Assembly (NCBI GenBank): GCA_017626405.1
Contig: JAGAIS010000001.1
Coordinates: 230,885-294,884 of the forward strand
Origin: Bacilli bacterium
GTDB taxonomy: Bacteria > Bacillota_I > Bacilli_A > RF39 > UBA660
Length of the DNA stretch: 64,000 bases
Direction: 5' to 3'
Part shown: positions 26,747-35,805 of the stretch, piece by piece
Layout of the letters: each line of letters opens with the position of its first letter
How positions within the stretch are numbered: position 1 is the first letter of the stretch
Notes under the pieces: generated by a model
What the model was told of the DNA's origin: nothing
Databases searched by the model: none
The model's input: the letters and a program-made list of their open reading frames with translations, nothing else
Made by a program: the position numbers and the translations under genes

Positions 26747-28513
26747 ATTGTACCAAATAGTATCTATTTTTAAACTTGTCGATACAGGTAGTGGACTAGG
26801 TAATGGCAAACTTACTAGTAAAGGAACTTTAAATGCTGTACCAAATACTAATCCCATACCTGGATGTAATGTTTTTATCTTTTCTATTGTCTCATCAGTA
26901 ACATTGGATGAAATACCTTTAACTATTTCTAGATCTTCAGGATAGAATAATCTGAAGATGATAAAATTAGAACATTGCGATAGTGCTGTTTTTGATAGTT
27001 CATTAGGTCTTTGAGTTATGAATCCTAAAATAGTTCCGTATTTACGACCTTCTTTAGTGATTCTATCGAATATATTATAACCAATTACATGAATATCGGA
27101 ATCGTTTTGAACATATCTATGTGCTTCTTCTAGTAATATGTGGATGGAGTATGATCCACGATTTTGTAACGATGTAGTATATTCAAAGAAGATTCTTGAG
27201 AATATTTTTGTGACTGCTTTGGCAAATTTGTCATCTAAGAATGATAAGTTAACATCTACTAATTGAGCAGTTACTAATTCTCCATTATAAGGAGTTTTGA
27301 AGAAGTTTTCAACAAAGTTAGGCATTGAAACATATTCTGAAAAAGTAAAGAATTTTCCCTGTTCTGAATTTATGATGTTTTGTAATCTGCTCTTTAATAT
27401 ATTATTTCGATCGTGAGCTATTTCACTAGTTAGTGAACCTTCGTCGATTAAAGCAAACTCAAGTGCATAATATAAATCTTGAAGCGTATAACATATTACT
27501 CCTTGCAATTCTATTTGTTCAATATCAACTTTAATGAATTGTTGCATAAAATTAATTACTTGATTAATAGCATTAATTTTACCTTGAGCATCTATATTGA
27601 GACATTGTCTAAGTGTTCTTTCATATCCTGGTTCGCGAATAACAGAATCGAGATTAAATGATTCTGTGTTATATGTTGTCAAAAGAGATATTACTTGGTC
27701 TCTCATTTGATTAGCTGTCTTACCACTCGATAATATATCTAGTGCACTATTGGCGATAATATTATTTTTATAATCTTCAGCATGAGGATCTTCTGATGTA
27801 AATATTCTTGCTAGACTAATTGCCTTTGATAATACTGGCAATTGAGAAGGTTCAGTTGCTCCAAGCAATATAGCTAAGTCATCAATTGATAGCAAATAGG
27901 CTGGTATAGTTAGGAACTCTCCATCTCCAAACTGACCTTCAGTAGTGAACTTTTTAAAATGTAAGCCATCGATATTGTTCATCTCATTAAATGTATTGCA
28001 ATATTCACCGTATACATCAAATAAACACATGTGAGCATTTTTAGGTACACTTTCTTTTGCACTTAGGAATACATTTTGTAAAATTCTAGCAACTCCACAA
28101 CTCTTGCCCGATCCAGAATTACCTAAAATAGCAAAGTGATTAGCAAAGAAATTATTGATATCACTAGTAACGAAGTATTCTTTGTATATTGGAGAAGAAC
28201 CAAATAATAAAGTATTATTATTCATGAAATTTTGGTTACCTAAAATAGTCTCTAATTCAGATTTAAATATAATTCTAGGTACTGTATTTACACTAGGTTT
28301 TTTTATTACACCGTTTGAGAATACTTCTCCATTAATTTCACCGATAAGTAATATAATTATCTTTTGCGTATCAATACCTATTATCTCTCCAACAATTTTG
28401 TGATCAGTTTCCGAGAATACAACATGATATCCAATATAATTAGTATCTGCTATATGTTTTAAATTTTCAATTATCATTTTGCTTCCTTCGAAGCCAAGAA
28501 TTCTACCAAACAT
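26744..28513 (-). CDS. HerA/FtsK-type (DUF87) P-loop ATPase
   Basis: N-terminal barrel-like segment (GRILGFEGSKMIIE...), Walker A GNSGSGKS (28100-28123), Walker B IHILLEEAHRY, and GFITQRPNELSKTALSQCSNFIIFRL typical of HerA. Start at the ATG after AGGGTGAGG. Confidence 0.8.
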   Translation of the reverse strand: MFGRILGFEGSKMIIENLKHIADTNYIGYHVVFSETDHKIVGEIIGIDTQKIIILLIGEINGEVFSNGVIKKPSVNTVPRIIFKSELETILGNQNFMNNNTLLFGSSPIYKEYFVTSDINNFFANHFAILGNSGSGKSCGVARILQNVFLSAKESVPKNAHMCLFDVYGEYCNTFNEMNNIDGLHFKKFTTEGQFGDGEFLTIPAYLLSIDDLAILLGATEPSQLPVLSKAISLARIFTSEDPHAEDYKNNIIANSALDILSSGKTANQMRDQVISLLTTYNTESFNLDSVIREPGYERTLRQCLNIDAQGKINAINQVINFMQQFIKVDIEQIELQGVICYTLQDLYYALEFALIDEGSLTSEIAHDRNNILKSRLQNIINSEQGKFFTFSEYVSMPNFVENFFKTPYNGELVTAQLVDVNLSFLDDKFAKAVTKIFSRIFFEYTTSLQNRGSYSIHILLEEAHRYVQNDSDIHVIGYNIFDRITKEGRKYGTILGFITQRPNELSKTALSQCSNFIIFRLFYPEDLEIVKGISSNVTDETIEKIKTLHPGMGLVFGTAFKVPLLVSLPLPSPLPVSTSLKIDTIWYN

Positions 28514-28644
28514 TTGCCTCACCCTTATTCTATATATTAATAGAATACCATAAATACCATCTTTTTTCTATATTAAATTATCTTTATTATATAGTATTTG
28601 TTTGATATAATTAATATGTAGTTAAGAGTAAAGTGGGGATTTAT

Positions 28645-30291
28645 ATGAATGAGTCATTAGAGACTGAATTAAAATCACTTTCCATAAGTGAATTGAGTGA
28701 TTTATATGATTATTTAAAGAGTAAGAAAAATAGTATTTTTCGAACAATGAAGTATGATAAAACTCTTTTTATTGAAAGTAATATTGAATCTATATCCAAT
28801 TTAAAAAGATGGATTAACAGTCTAACTCGCAAGAGTAAAGAAAAATTAAAAGATGATATAAATGAATTTATGTTAATTCTTAACTATGTTGAAGCACTAA
28901 AGAGTAAAAGAATAGATGAGTTTGTTATAAGCGAAGATACTGATTTATTAAATGAACTCAATAATAAATATGAAACATATTATAACATTATTAAATTGAT
29001 GGGAAGTAAGGAAGATTATATAGATAGAATTGATCTATCGGAATATCTATATAATATAAAGATTAATAAAAATATTAATGAAAACTTAAATATTATTATT
29101 AATAGTTTAAAAAAGAAAAACATAAAAATTGAACTTAAAGACTTTGATTTTATTGTTTATGTCTATAATTATATGCAAGAATTCTTTAAGAATAGTAATG
29201 AAGATAATAAAAAGAAAATGGATAGTATTCTTAAAGATTACTTTGAGATGATTTCAAATTTTAATATTTATCTATATGTAGCTTTATTATATATTTTGGA
29301 TAAAAAGAAAAATGAAATATTAAAATATTTGGATAATAATATAAAAAATAAATTAGATAATGTACAAAGCAACACAATAGATATCTTTAATAAATGTATA
29401 AAGGTAAGAAAAGAATATATAAATATTTTAGGCAATGATAATAAGACCTTAATAGATTATTTTAAAAATAATAAAAAAGTATTACCTTTATATGAAGTTG
29501 ATAACAAGAAAATTAAGTCTATGATATCTAGTATATCTAGTTATAATGTATTTAAAAATTATTCACTCGAAGAGCGCATATTCTATACTAATAATCTTAT
29601 AGAATTCTTTTGGGATTTAGATGAATATAAATTTGTCAATGATTATAAGTATTTGTTTAATTATGCTGAGAAAATTAGAATTCAAAAATTTAGTATGAGA
29701 GAATATAATCGCATTATTAAAACTATTAATCTATATTATAAGAGAATAGTAAAAGCAAATAAGAAATTAAAGAGTCTATATAAAAAATTGAGTAAAGTAT
29801 TAGTTATGGAATCTGATAGATTTTATGCGATTCAAAATAGTATAAAGGTATCATCAGAATATCTAGATGATTTGGTAATTAATTTAAATGAAGCTATTGA
29901 TAAGTATGATAGTTTAAAGTTCTCTAAGAATATACATGAAGATATCGATGATAAATCGACTATTCACGATGTATTAAAAGTTTTAAATAACAATTATAAT
30001 GTTTTAATAAGACTAGCTAATGATGATACAGATAATGTATTGAAAATGGAATATTTTCATCATTTATCTCTATTGGACAACATTTATTATAATCACATAG
30101 ATTCGATAAAGTATCTAATAGAACAAAAATATAATCTATATAATATATTTATTAATTTTCCTGATTTAGATAGCAAAGAATATTTGGATTTAAAGAATAC
30201 ATTATCTATAATAATCAGATATTTAACTTTACTTAATAAGAATATATCTATTGATGACATTAAGATAATACTTAATAGTAAAAAAGATTAG
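28645..30291 (+). CDS. hypothetical Asn/Lys/Ile-rich alpha-helical protein
   Basis: 548-aa ORF divergent from the HerA-like gene. No catalytic motif recognised. Confidence 0.6.
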   Translation: MNESLETELKSLSISELSDLYDYLKSKKNSIFRTMKYDKTLFIESNIESISNLKRWINSLTRKSKEKLKDDINEFMLILNYVEALKSKRIDEFVISEDTDLLNELNNKYETYYNIIKLMGSKEDYIDRIDLSEYLYNIKINKNINENLNIIINSLKKKNIKIELKDFDFIVYVYNYMQEFFKNSNEDNKKKMDSILKDYFEMISNFNIYLYVALLYILDKKKNEILKYLDNNIKNKLDNVQSNTIDIFNKCIKVRKEYINILGNDNKTLIDYFKNNKKVLPLYEVDNKKIKSMISSISSYNVFKNYSLEERIFYTNNLIEFFWDLDEYKFVNDYKYLFNYAEKIRIQKFSMREYNRIIKTINLYYKRIVKANKKLKSLYKKLSKVLVMESDRFYAIQNSIKVSSEYLDDLVINLNEAIDKYDSLKFSKNIHEDIDDKSTIHDVLKVLNNNYNVLIRLANDDTDNVLKMEYFHHLSLLDNIYYNHIDSIKYLIEQKYNLYNIFINFPDLDSKEYLDLKNTLSIIIRYLTLLNKNISIDDIKIILNSKKD

Positions 30292-30340
30292 TAATAATCT
30301 TTTTTTTATGCTATTATATTAAGTCAATAAAGGTGATATT

Positions 30341-31417
30341 ATGGAAACTAAGGATTTGATTGCTAGGGATATTGATAGTTTATATCGAAAATTATATATA
30401 TCAAGCAATAGTAAAAAAGAATTATATTCTCGTGATTTTTCATCGATTTCTATCTTAAATCAAATGATAAATGGAATTCAATTAGATAATCCTTTTCCCA
30501 TTAATAGAAGTCGTCTTTTAAGTGAAGAGATACTAAATGGTTTTGAAAAACTATATAGTATTTCATTGGGCGCTATTAAGGGATATCAGAAGATGGATTT
30601 TAAATTATTTGAAGGAATGGATACTAATCTATCTATGAGTGCTAAAAAGGATCTATTAAGGGAATTTTTAGAGTATCTAGGTAGTCCATTTCTTGAATTA
30701 TATAGAGAACTTGTAAATAGTAATAGAGTTCTATTTGTCGATGATGAGTCAATTGAGGGAGAAGCAATATGTCTTCCAACGCTTAATTCATACTATTTAT
30801 GTATTAGTAATTATTATAATCAAGACTTAGTTGATATTGAAACAATAGTTCATGAATTATCGCATATTTATTCATTAAAGTTCTTATCTAATTACCGCAA
30901 TCCAAAATACAATCTAATATATAATTTTTATGGTGAGACAATTCCTCTATTAGTGGAATTGCTATATTATTACTATTTACTTGAACATCATAGTTTTGAA
31001 GAGATAATTAGAAGACATAGAAATCAGCAAGATGCCAATATGTTATATCATTACAAAACAATTTATTATCTATATCATGTGTTAGGTATGGATAATATTA
31101 GTTTTAGTTGTGATAATGTAAATTATGTAATTGATGGGAATATTCATCTCGATCACTTTGAAGGAGAATATTATCAATTTGGCGAAGAATATAAGAGAGG
31201 AGATTTAACTTCATTTAATTATGCTGTTAGTAACATTAAAGCACATGAATTATGTTCTCAAATATTAAATGGTAAAGAACCTATTAAAGCGATTAATGAA
31301 CATTTAATATCTACTCAATATGATGGAATATTTTCTAAAGAAAAAATAACTCCTTCCAATATGTTGGAAGGAGTACATAAAAGAAATAGAGAATTAAGAA
31401 GATTATATAAATTTTAA
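30341..31417 (+). CDS. putative zinc metallopeptidase (HEXXH, gluzincin-like)
   Basis: HELSH at aa 171-175 (nt 30851-30865) with Glu 24 residues downstream (FYGETIPLLVELL), reminiscent of M3/PepF-type spacing. RBS AGGTGA. Confidence 0.55.
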   Translation: METKDLIARDIDSLYRKLYISSNSKKELYSRDFSSISILNQMINGIQLDNPFPINRSRLLSEEILNGFEKLYSISLGAIKGYQKMDFKLFEGMDTNLSMSAKKDLLREFLEYLGSPFLELYRELVNSNRVLFVDDESIEGEAICLPTLNSYYLCISNYYNQDLVDIETIVHELSHIYSLKFLSNYRNPKYNLIYNFYGETIPLLVELLYYYYLLEHHSFEEIIRRHRNQQDANMLYHYKTIYYLYHVLGMDNISFSCDNVNYVIDGNIHLDHFEGEYYQFGEEYKRGDLTSFNYAVSNIKAHELCSQILNGKEPIKAINEHLISTQYDGIFSKEKITPSNMLEGVHKRNRELRRLYKF

Positions 31418-31992
31418 TTCTTTTTTTCTAATGATCGAACAATATTTTCTAAGTGACTATCTCTTTCATTTTTTGGTATTTTACTATAATTGATTGGTTC
31501 ACCAAAATTAATTGTTATTTCAGATAGTGGTTTATAAGAAGCTCTTATTCCGAATGGAACAATTTCTTTCTTTGACATAACAGCAATTGCTGGAACTCCA
31601 CTTTTGAATGGTTGATAGTCAGCTTGTCGATGAGTTTTACCTTCAGGGAATATACATACATTTTCACTTTCCTTCAATAGATTTATTGCTGTTTTTACTG
31701 CTTTTAAATCGATTTCATTTGGATTAATTGGAAATGTTCCTAGAGTTCTAAAAAATAATTCCCATAGATAATATCGATATAGTTTTTGATCTACCATGAA
31801 TCTAATTGGTTCATCAAACAAACTAACTAGAACCCAAGAATCTAATATATTTAAGTGATTTCCTGCTAATAGATAGTTTGTATCTCGAATATTGTCTAAG
31901 CCATTTACATTAATTCTATACATTGTGTTCATGAATCTTTCAACAAACTTTTTAAATTTTTTATAAAACTCAATATCATATTTAGCTTCCAT
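31414..31992 (-). CDS. lysophospholipid (1-acyl-sn-glycerol-3-phosphate) acyltransferase family protein
   Basis: NHX4D motif (AGNHLNILD) and FPEGKTH motif. Confidence 0.75.
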   Translation of the reverse strand: MEAKYDIEFYKKFKKFVERFMNTMYRINVNGLDNIRDTNYLLAGNHLNILDSWVLVSLFDEPIRFMVDQKLYRYYLWELFFRTLGTFPINPNEIDLKAVKTAINLLKESENVCIFPEGKTHRQADYQPFKSGVPAIAVMSKKEIVPFGIRASYKPLSEITINFGEPINYSKIPKNERDSHLENIVRSLEKKN

Positions 31993-32111
31993 AAATTTAC
32001 CCCCAAAAAACTAATTTTTCGCATATTATAACACAAAGATACATAATTATCTAATTTTTTTCCTTTAAAATTTCACAAATATAATCTATAATACTTATTA
32101 GGAGGATACAT

Positions 32112-33089
32112 ATGAAACGATTTGAAAAGACAATCGAGAATAAAAAAGGGAATATTATTACTAATAATATAAAGTTTATTGTTGGTTTTTTTGTTGGTGC
32201 ATTACTAGTTGGTATCATTATGATAATTCTATGGCCAGAGCGCATAGCTAAGTTATCTAATGGTGAAGAGGTAATTGTAAGTATTGGCAAGTCTAATATT
32301 ACGGCAAATGATTTATATGATGAATTAAAAAAAGGTGGTTCTTTAGATGCTACTATTAATTTAGTTGATCAATTTATTTTAACGGATAAATATAACTTAG
32401 AAGATGAGGCAAAAAAGTATGCTAAAGAACAATCTGTTGAAATCTATAAACAATTTGAACAGTATTACGGTTTTTCAAAAGTAGAATTCTTAGAGAATAA
32501 TGGTTTCGAAGATGAAGATGCATTCTTAGAATATCTATATTATGATTATTACTACCAAAGATATTATAATGATTATACGAAAGATTTAATAACTGATGAT
32601 GATATTAATGATTTCTATAAAGATGATGTATTTGGAGATAAGAAAGTAGTTTTATTCTCTAGTACTGATGATGAAAAGATGTTAGAAAATATTAGAAGTG
32701 CATTAAAGAAAGGTAGTTCAATAGCATCAATTAAGAAGAAGTATTCTAATGCTACTGTTAATGAACTAACTTTAACTTATAAAGATTATGCTGATTATTC
32801 AGAGAGTTTATGGACTAAAGTAAAAACTCTAGATGAGAAAAAGTACAGTGAAGTAGTCGATGATGATATCTTAGGAAAAGTTGTAGTTTATATCTCTTCA
32901 ACTAGTGATAAACCAAATTTAAAAGATATAAAAGATGATGTAGTTGATGTTATTGTTTCTAAGAAACAAAGTGAAGATAAAAATTTATACTATAAAGCGT
33001 TCATTGAATTAAGAACGAGTTATAATGTTGAATTCAAAGAGACAAACTTGAAAAAAGAATATGAAGAATTTGTAAAATCGCATAAATAG
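32112..33089 (+). CDS. PrsA/SurA-N-like membrane-anchored foldase with a degenerate parvulin-like domain
   Basis: TM anchor, then ITANDLYDELKK...LVDQFILTDKY (PrsA N-domain pattern). Middle segment ...ALKKGSSIASIKKKYS... resembles parvulin but lacks the conserved His. Confidence 0.55.
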   Translation: MKRFEKTIENKKGNIITNNIKFIVGFFVGALLVGIIMIILWPERIAKLSNGEEVIVSIGKSNITANDLYDELKKGGSLDATINLVDQFILTDKYNLEDEAKKYAKEQSVEIYKQFEQYYGFSKVEFLENNGFEDEDAFLEYLYYDYYYQRYYNDYTKDLITDDDINDFYKDDVFGDKKVVLFSSTDDEKMLENIRSALKKGSSIASIKKKYSNATVNELTLTYKDYADYSESLWTKVKTLDEKKYSEVVDDDILGKVVVYISSTSDKPNLKDIKDDVVDVIVSKKQSEDKNLYYKAFIELRTSYNVEFKETNLKKEYEEFVKSHK

Positions 33090-33113
33090 AAGTACTTAAG
33101 TACTTCTATTTTT
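33088..33113 (+). terminator. rho-independent terminator
   Basis: Palindrome AGAAGTACTT/AAGTACTTCT followed by a T-run. Confidence 0.75.
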
Positions 33114-33121
33114 GTTATAAT
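33113..33121 (+). promoter_or_regulatory. extended -10 promoter element TGTTATAAT upstream of eno
   Basis: TGnTATAAT about 22 nt upstream of ATG 33144, with RBS GGAGAG in between. Confidence 0.5.
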
Positions 33122-33143
33122 TAAATTAAGAATGGAGAGTATT

Positions 33144-34382
33144 ATGAAAATTAAAGATTTAATTGCTAGAGAAATATTAGATTCGAGAGGTAATCCAACA
33201 GTTGAAGTTGATTGTATTTTAGAAGATGGAATTATGGGACGTGCAAGTGTTCCGAGTGGAGCTTCTACAGGAAGTCGCGAGGCTTTAGAACTTCGAGATA
33301 ATGATTCTAGATATAATGGAAAAGGAGTATTAAAAGCAGTAAGTAATGTCAATAATATAATTAAACCTGCACTTATTGGCCGTGATGTATCTAAACAAGA
33401 AGAAATTGATGAATTAATGATTGAACTTGATGGCACTAAAACAAAATCCAATTTAGGTGCAAATGCAATCTTAGGTGTTAGTATGGCTGTTTTAAAAGCA
33501 GCGGCAAACGAAGCAAAACTTCCTCTATATAAATATATTGGCAATGGAACTAACCAACCAAGACCAATGATGAATATTTTAAATGGTGGAGCTCATGCAG
33601 ATAATAAATTAGATTTTCAAGAGTATATGATTATTCCAGAAAGAGATACAATTAAAGAGAGAATCAGAGTAGGTGCAGAAGTATTTCATAGTTTAAAGAA
33701 AGTATTAAATGAAAAAGGATTATCGACAGGAGTTGGCGATGAAGGAGGATTTGCTCCTGATTTACAAAGCAATGAAGAAGGATTTGATTTAATAGTCGAA
33801 GCAATAAAAAGAGCAGGGTATATTCCTGGTGAAGATGTATTTTTGGGTATTGATGTGGCTGCTAGTGAATTCTATGATGAGGATTCAAAAAAATATAAAT
33901 TTCGTTGGTCAACAGGACAAGAATTTACTACTGATGAATTAATAGATTTTTATAAAGAATTAATCGATAAATATCCAATTATTTCTATCGAAGATCCTGT
34001 TGATGAAAATGATTGGGATGGATTTGTTAAAGTTACTGAAGAGTTAGGAGATAGAATTCAAATAGTTGGCGATGATTTATTTGTAACTAATATAGAATAC
34101 TTACAAAAAGGAATTGATTTACATGCTGGTAATGCAATTCTATTAAAAGTAAATCAAATTGGTACTATTACGGAAACTATTAGGACAATTAATCTTGCTA
34201 AAGAATACGGATATAAAACAATTATCTCACATCGTTCAGGAGAAACAGAAGATACGACAATTGCCGATTTAGCTGTTGGTCTTGATTTAGGTCAAATAAA
34301 AACAGGATCTTTATCAAGGACAGATCGCATATGCAAATATAATCAATTAATGCGTATTGAAAATGAAATAGAAAGTAATTAG
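33144..34382 (+). CDS. eno: enolase (phosphopyruvate hydratase)
   Basis: [51 protein letters not shown] and SHRSGETED are all canonical enolase motifs. Confidence 0.97.
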   Translation: MKIKDLIAREILDSRGNPTVEVDCILEDGIMGRASVPSGASTGSREALELRDNDSRYNGKGVLKAVSNVNNIIKPALIGRDVSKQEEIDELMIELDGTKTKSNLGANAILGVSMAVLKAAANEAKLPLYKYIGNGTNQPRPMMNILNGGAHADNKLDFQEYMIIPERDTIKERIRVGAEVFHSLKKVLNEKGLSTGVGDEGGFAPDLQSNEEGFDLIVEAIKRAGYIPGEDVFLGIDVAASEFYDEDSKKYKFRWSTGQEFTTDELIDFYKELIDKYPIISIEDPVDENDWDGFVKVTEELGDRIQIVGDDLFVTNIEYLQKGIDLHAGNAILLKVNQIGTITETIRTINLAKEYGYKTIISHRSGETEDTTIADLAVGLDLGQIKTGSLSRTDRICKYNQLMRIENEIESN

Positions 34383-34402
34383 ACACTTTAAGTGTCTTTT
34401 TT
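34381..34402 (+). terminator. rho-independent terminator after eno
   Basis: AGACACT-TTA-AGTGTCT plus T6. Confidence 0.75.
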
Positions 34403-34425
34403 CATATATTAATATAGGTGATAAA

Positions 34426-35250
34426 ATGATAGTAGCTATTAATTCGAGTGGTGGAGGAGAAGATACAGGATTATCAGGTAATGGGATAATAGAGAAAAAC
34501 TATACTTTAGAACTGTCAAGAAAGATAAATGATAGACTTAAAAATATGGGAATTAAAACATATATGTTAAGAGATAGTGATTCGACAATTTCATATGAAA
34601 AGAGGATTGCTAACTTAAAAAATTATGTTAAAGATGAAGATGTTTTATTACTTTCAAATACTTTAAATAATAGCAATGGAATAGATATAATTTATTCTTT
34701 GAGAGATACATCTAAATTAGCAGAAAAACTAAGTAATTCTCTAGATTATTTTAATACTACAAAGTATTATCAATTGAGGTATCCAAGCAATACTAAATTA
34801 GATTATTATTATATTACTAGAGAAACTCCCAATTATGAAACTATTATTATTAGATATGGTAATCCCAAGAATAGTAAGGATGCTAGTATTTTAAAAGATA
34901 CTGATGCAATAGCTGATGCTGTTGCAACGGTAATAGCAAACTATGTAGGGGTAAGTAAGCCTAGTAATAAAGAAAATATTTATGTAGTAAAATCTGGCGA
35001 TACTTTATATAGTATTGCTAAGAAATTCGGAATAAGTGTTGATAACTTAAAGAGTATTAACAATTTAAATAGTAATTTAATTAAAATTAATCAAGAACTC
35101 TTAATTCCAAATAAAACTATTAAGATAAAAAAGGGCGATACCCTATATTCGATAGCTAAAAATAATAATACGACTGTTGATAAGTTAATGGAAATTAACA
35201 ATCTAAAAAATTCTAATTTAGCTATTGGCGATATATTATATTTACCTTAA
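34426..35250 (+). CDS. Amidase_3-like protein with two C-terminal LysM domains; catalytic residues appear substituted
   Basis: Amidase_3 layout, but NSSGGGEDTG replaces D.GHGG.D.G, LSNTLNN replaces S.H.N., and IIRYGN replaces L.E.GF. Two LysM repeats (GDTLYSIAKKFGISVDNLKSINNL...; GDTLYSIAKNNNTTVDKLMEINNL...). No signal peptide. Confidence 0.7.
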   Translation: MIVAINSSGGGEDTGLSGNGIIEKNYTLELSRKINDRLKNMGIKTYMLRDSDSTISYEKRIANLKNYVKDEDVLLLSNTLNNSNGIDIIYSLRDTSKLAEKLSNSLDYFNTTKYYQLRYPSNTKLDYYYITRETPNYETIIIRYGNPKNSKDASILKDTDAIADAVATVIANYVGVSKPSNKENIYVVKSGDTLYSIAKKFGISVDNLKSINNLNSNLIKINQELLIPNKTIKIKKGDTLYSIAKNNNTTVDKLMEINNLKNSNLAIGDILYLP

Positions 35251-35323
35251 AAGTGATATAATACAATTAACTGATGTAATATGGAGGAATAATCAGAGTT
35301 ATAATAACAGTTAAGGAGTAATT

Positions 35324-35755
35324 ATGGAGAAGACAAGAGAAGAAATAATTGAAGAAAAGAGAAGTACAACTATCGATACAAAAGAAGAGTATGTTTGGGT
35401 TGGACAACCTAGTGGTTTTTTAGGAACGATACTAACAACTCTACATTTAAATTTTACTTGGTATAAAATAAGTAAAGACGAACTTATTATTACAAAAGGT
35501 TTTTTTAGCCGCCATACAGATACTATTGAATTATATTTACTTAAAGATCCAGATTTAAAAGAAACTCTATGGCAAAGATTATTCCATGTAGGTTCTGTTG
35601 GGGTTCATATTGATGACTCATCAAGAAATGCTAAAGCGGGTATGTTTATCGAGCTTAAAAATATAAAGAAACCTGCAGAAGTTAGGAAACTTCTTAGAGA
35701 TTATATCGAAGCTGATGTAGTTGAGAGAGGAATTAATTATTTTGATAAAGTTTAA
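35324..35755 (+). CDS. bacterial PH-domain (bPH_2, YdbS/YdbT-like) protein
   Basis: Hydrophobic hairpin followed by YKISKDELIITKGFFSRHTDTIELYLLKD, typical of bPH_2. Confidence 0.6.
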   Translation: MEKTREEIIEEKRSTTIDTKEEYVWVGQPSGFLGTILTTLHLNFTWYKISKDELIITKGFFSRHTDTIELYLLKDPDLKETLWQRLFHVGSVGVHIDDSSRNAKAGMFIELKNIKKPAEVRKLLRDYIEADVVERGINYFDKV

Positions 35756-35778
35756 ACACCTAAATTGGTGTTTTTTTT
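35754..35778 (+). terminator. rho-independent terminator
   Basis: AACACC-TAAATT-GGTGTT plus T8. Confidence 0.75.
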
Positions 35779-35787
35779 AATAGCTTG

Positions 35788-35796
35788 TGTTATAAT
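35788..35796 (+). promoter_or_regulatory. extended -10 promoter element TGTTATAAT
   Basis: The -10 hexamer ends 9 nt before ATG 35806, with no SD in between. This suggests a leaderless or near-leaderless mRNA. Confidence 0.45.
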
Positions 35797-35805
35797 GGAT
35801 TTGTG

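Noticed and set aside
26744-28513. Calling the HerA-like gene a SIR2-HerA or DUF4297-HerA antiphage system
   Set aside because: No same-strand partner gene exists, and no neighbouring ORF shows SIR2, Cap4/DUF4297 or NurA-like motifs. It is reported only as an orphan HerA-type ATPase.
33020-33544. 174-aa ORF antisense to enolase
   Set aside because: It overlaps the highly conserved eno gene and its terminator/promoter region. It has no SD and a low-complexity composition.
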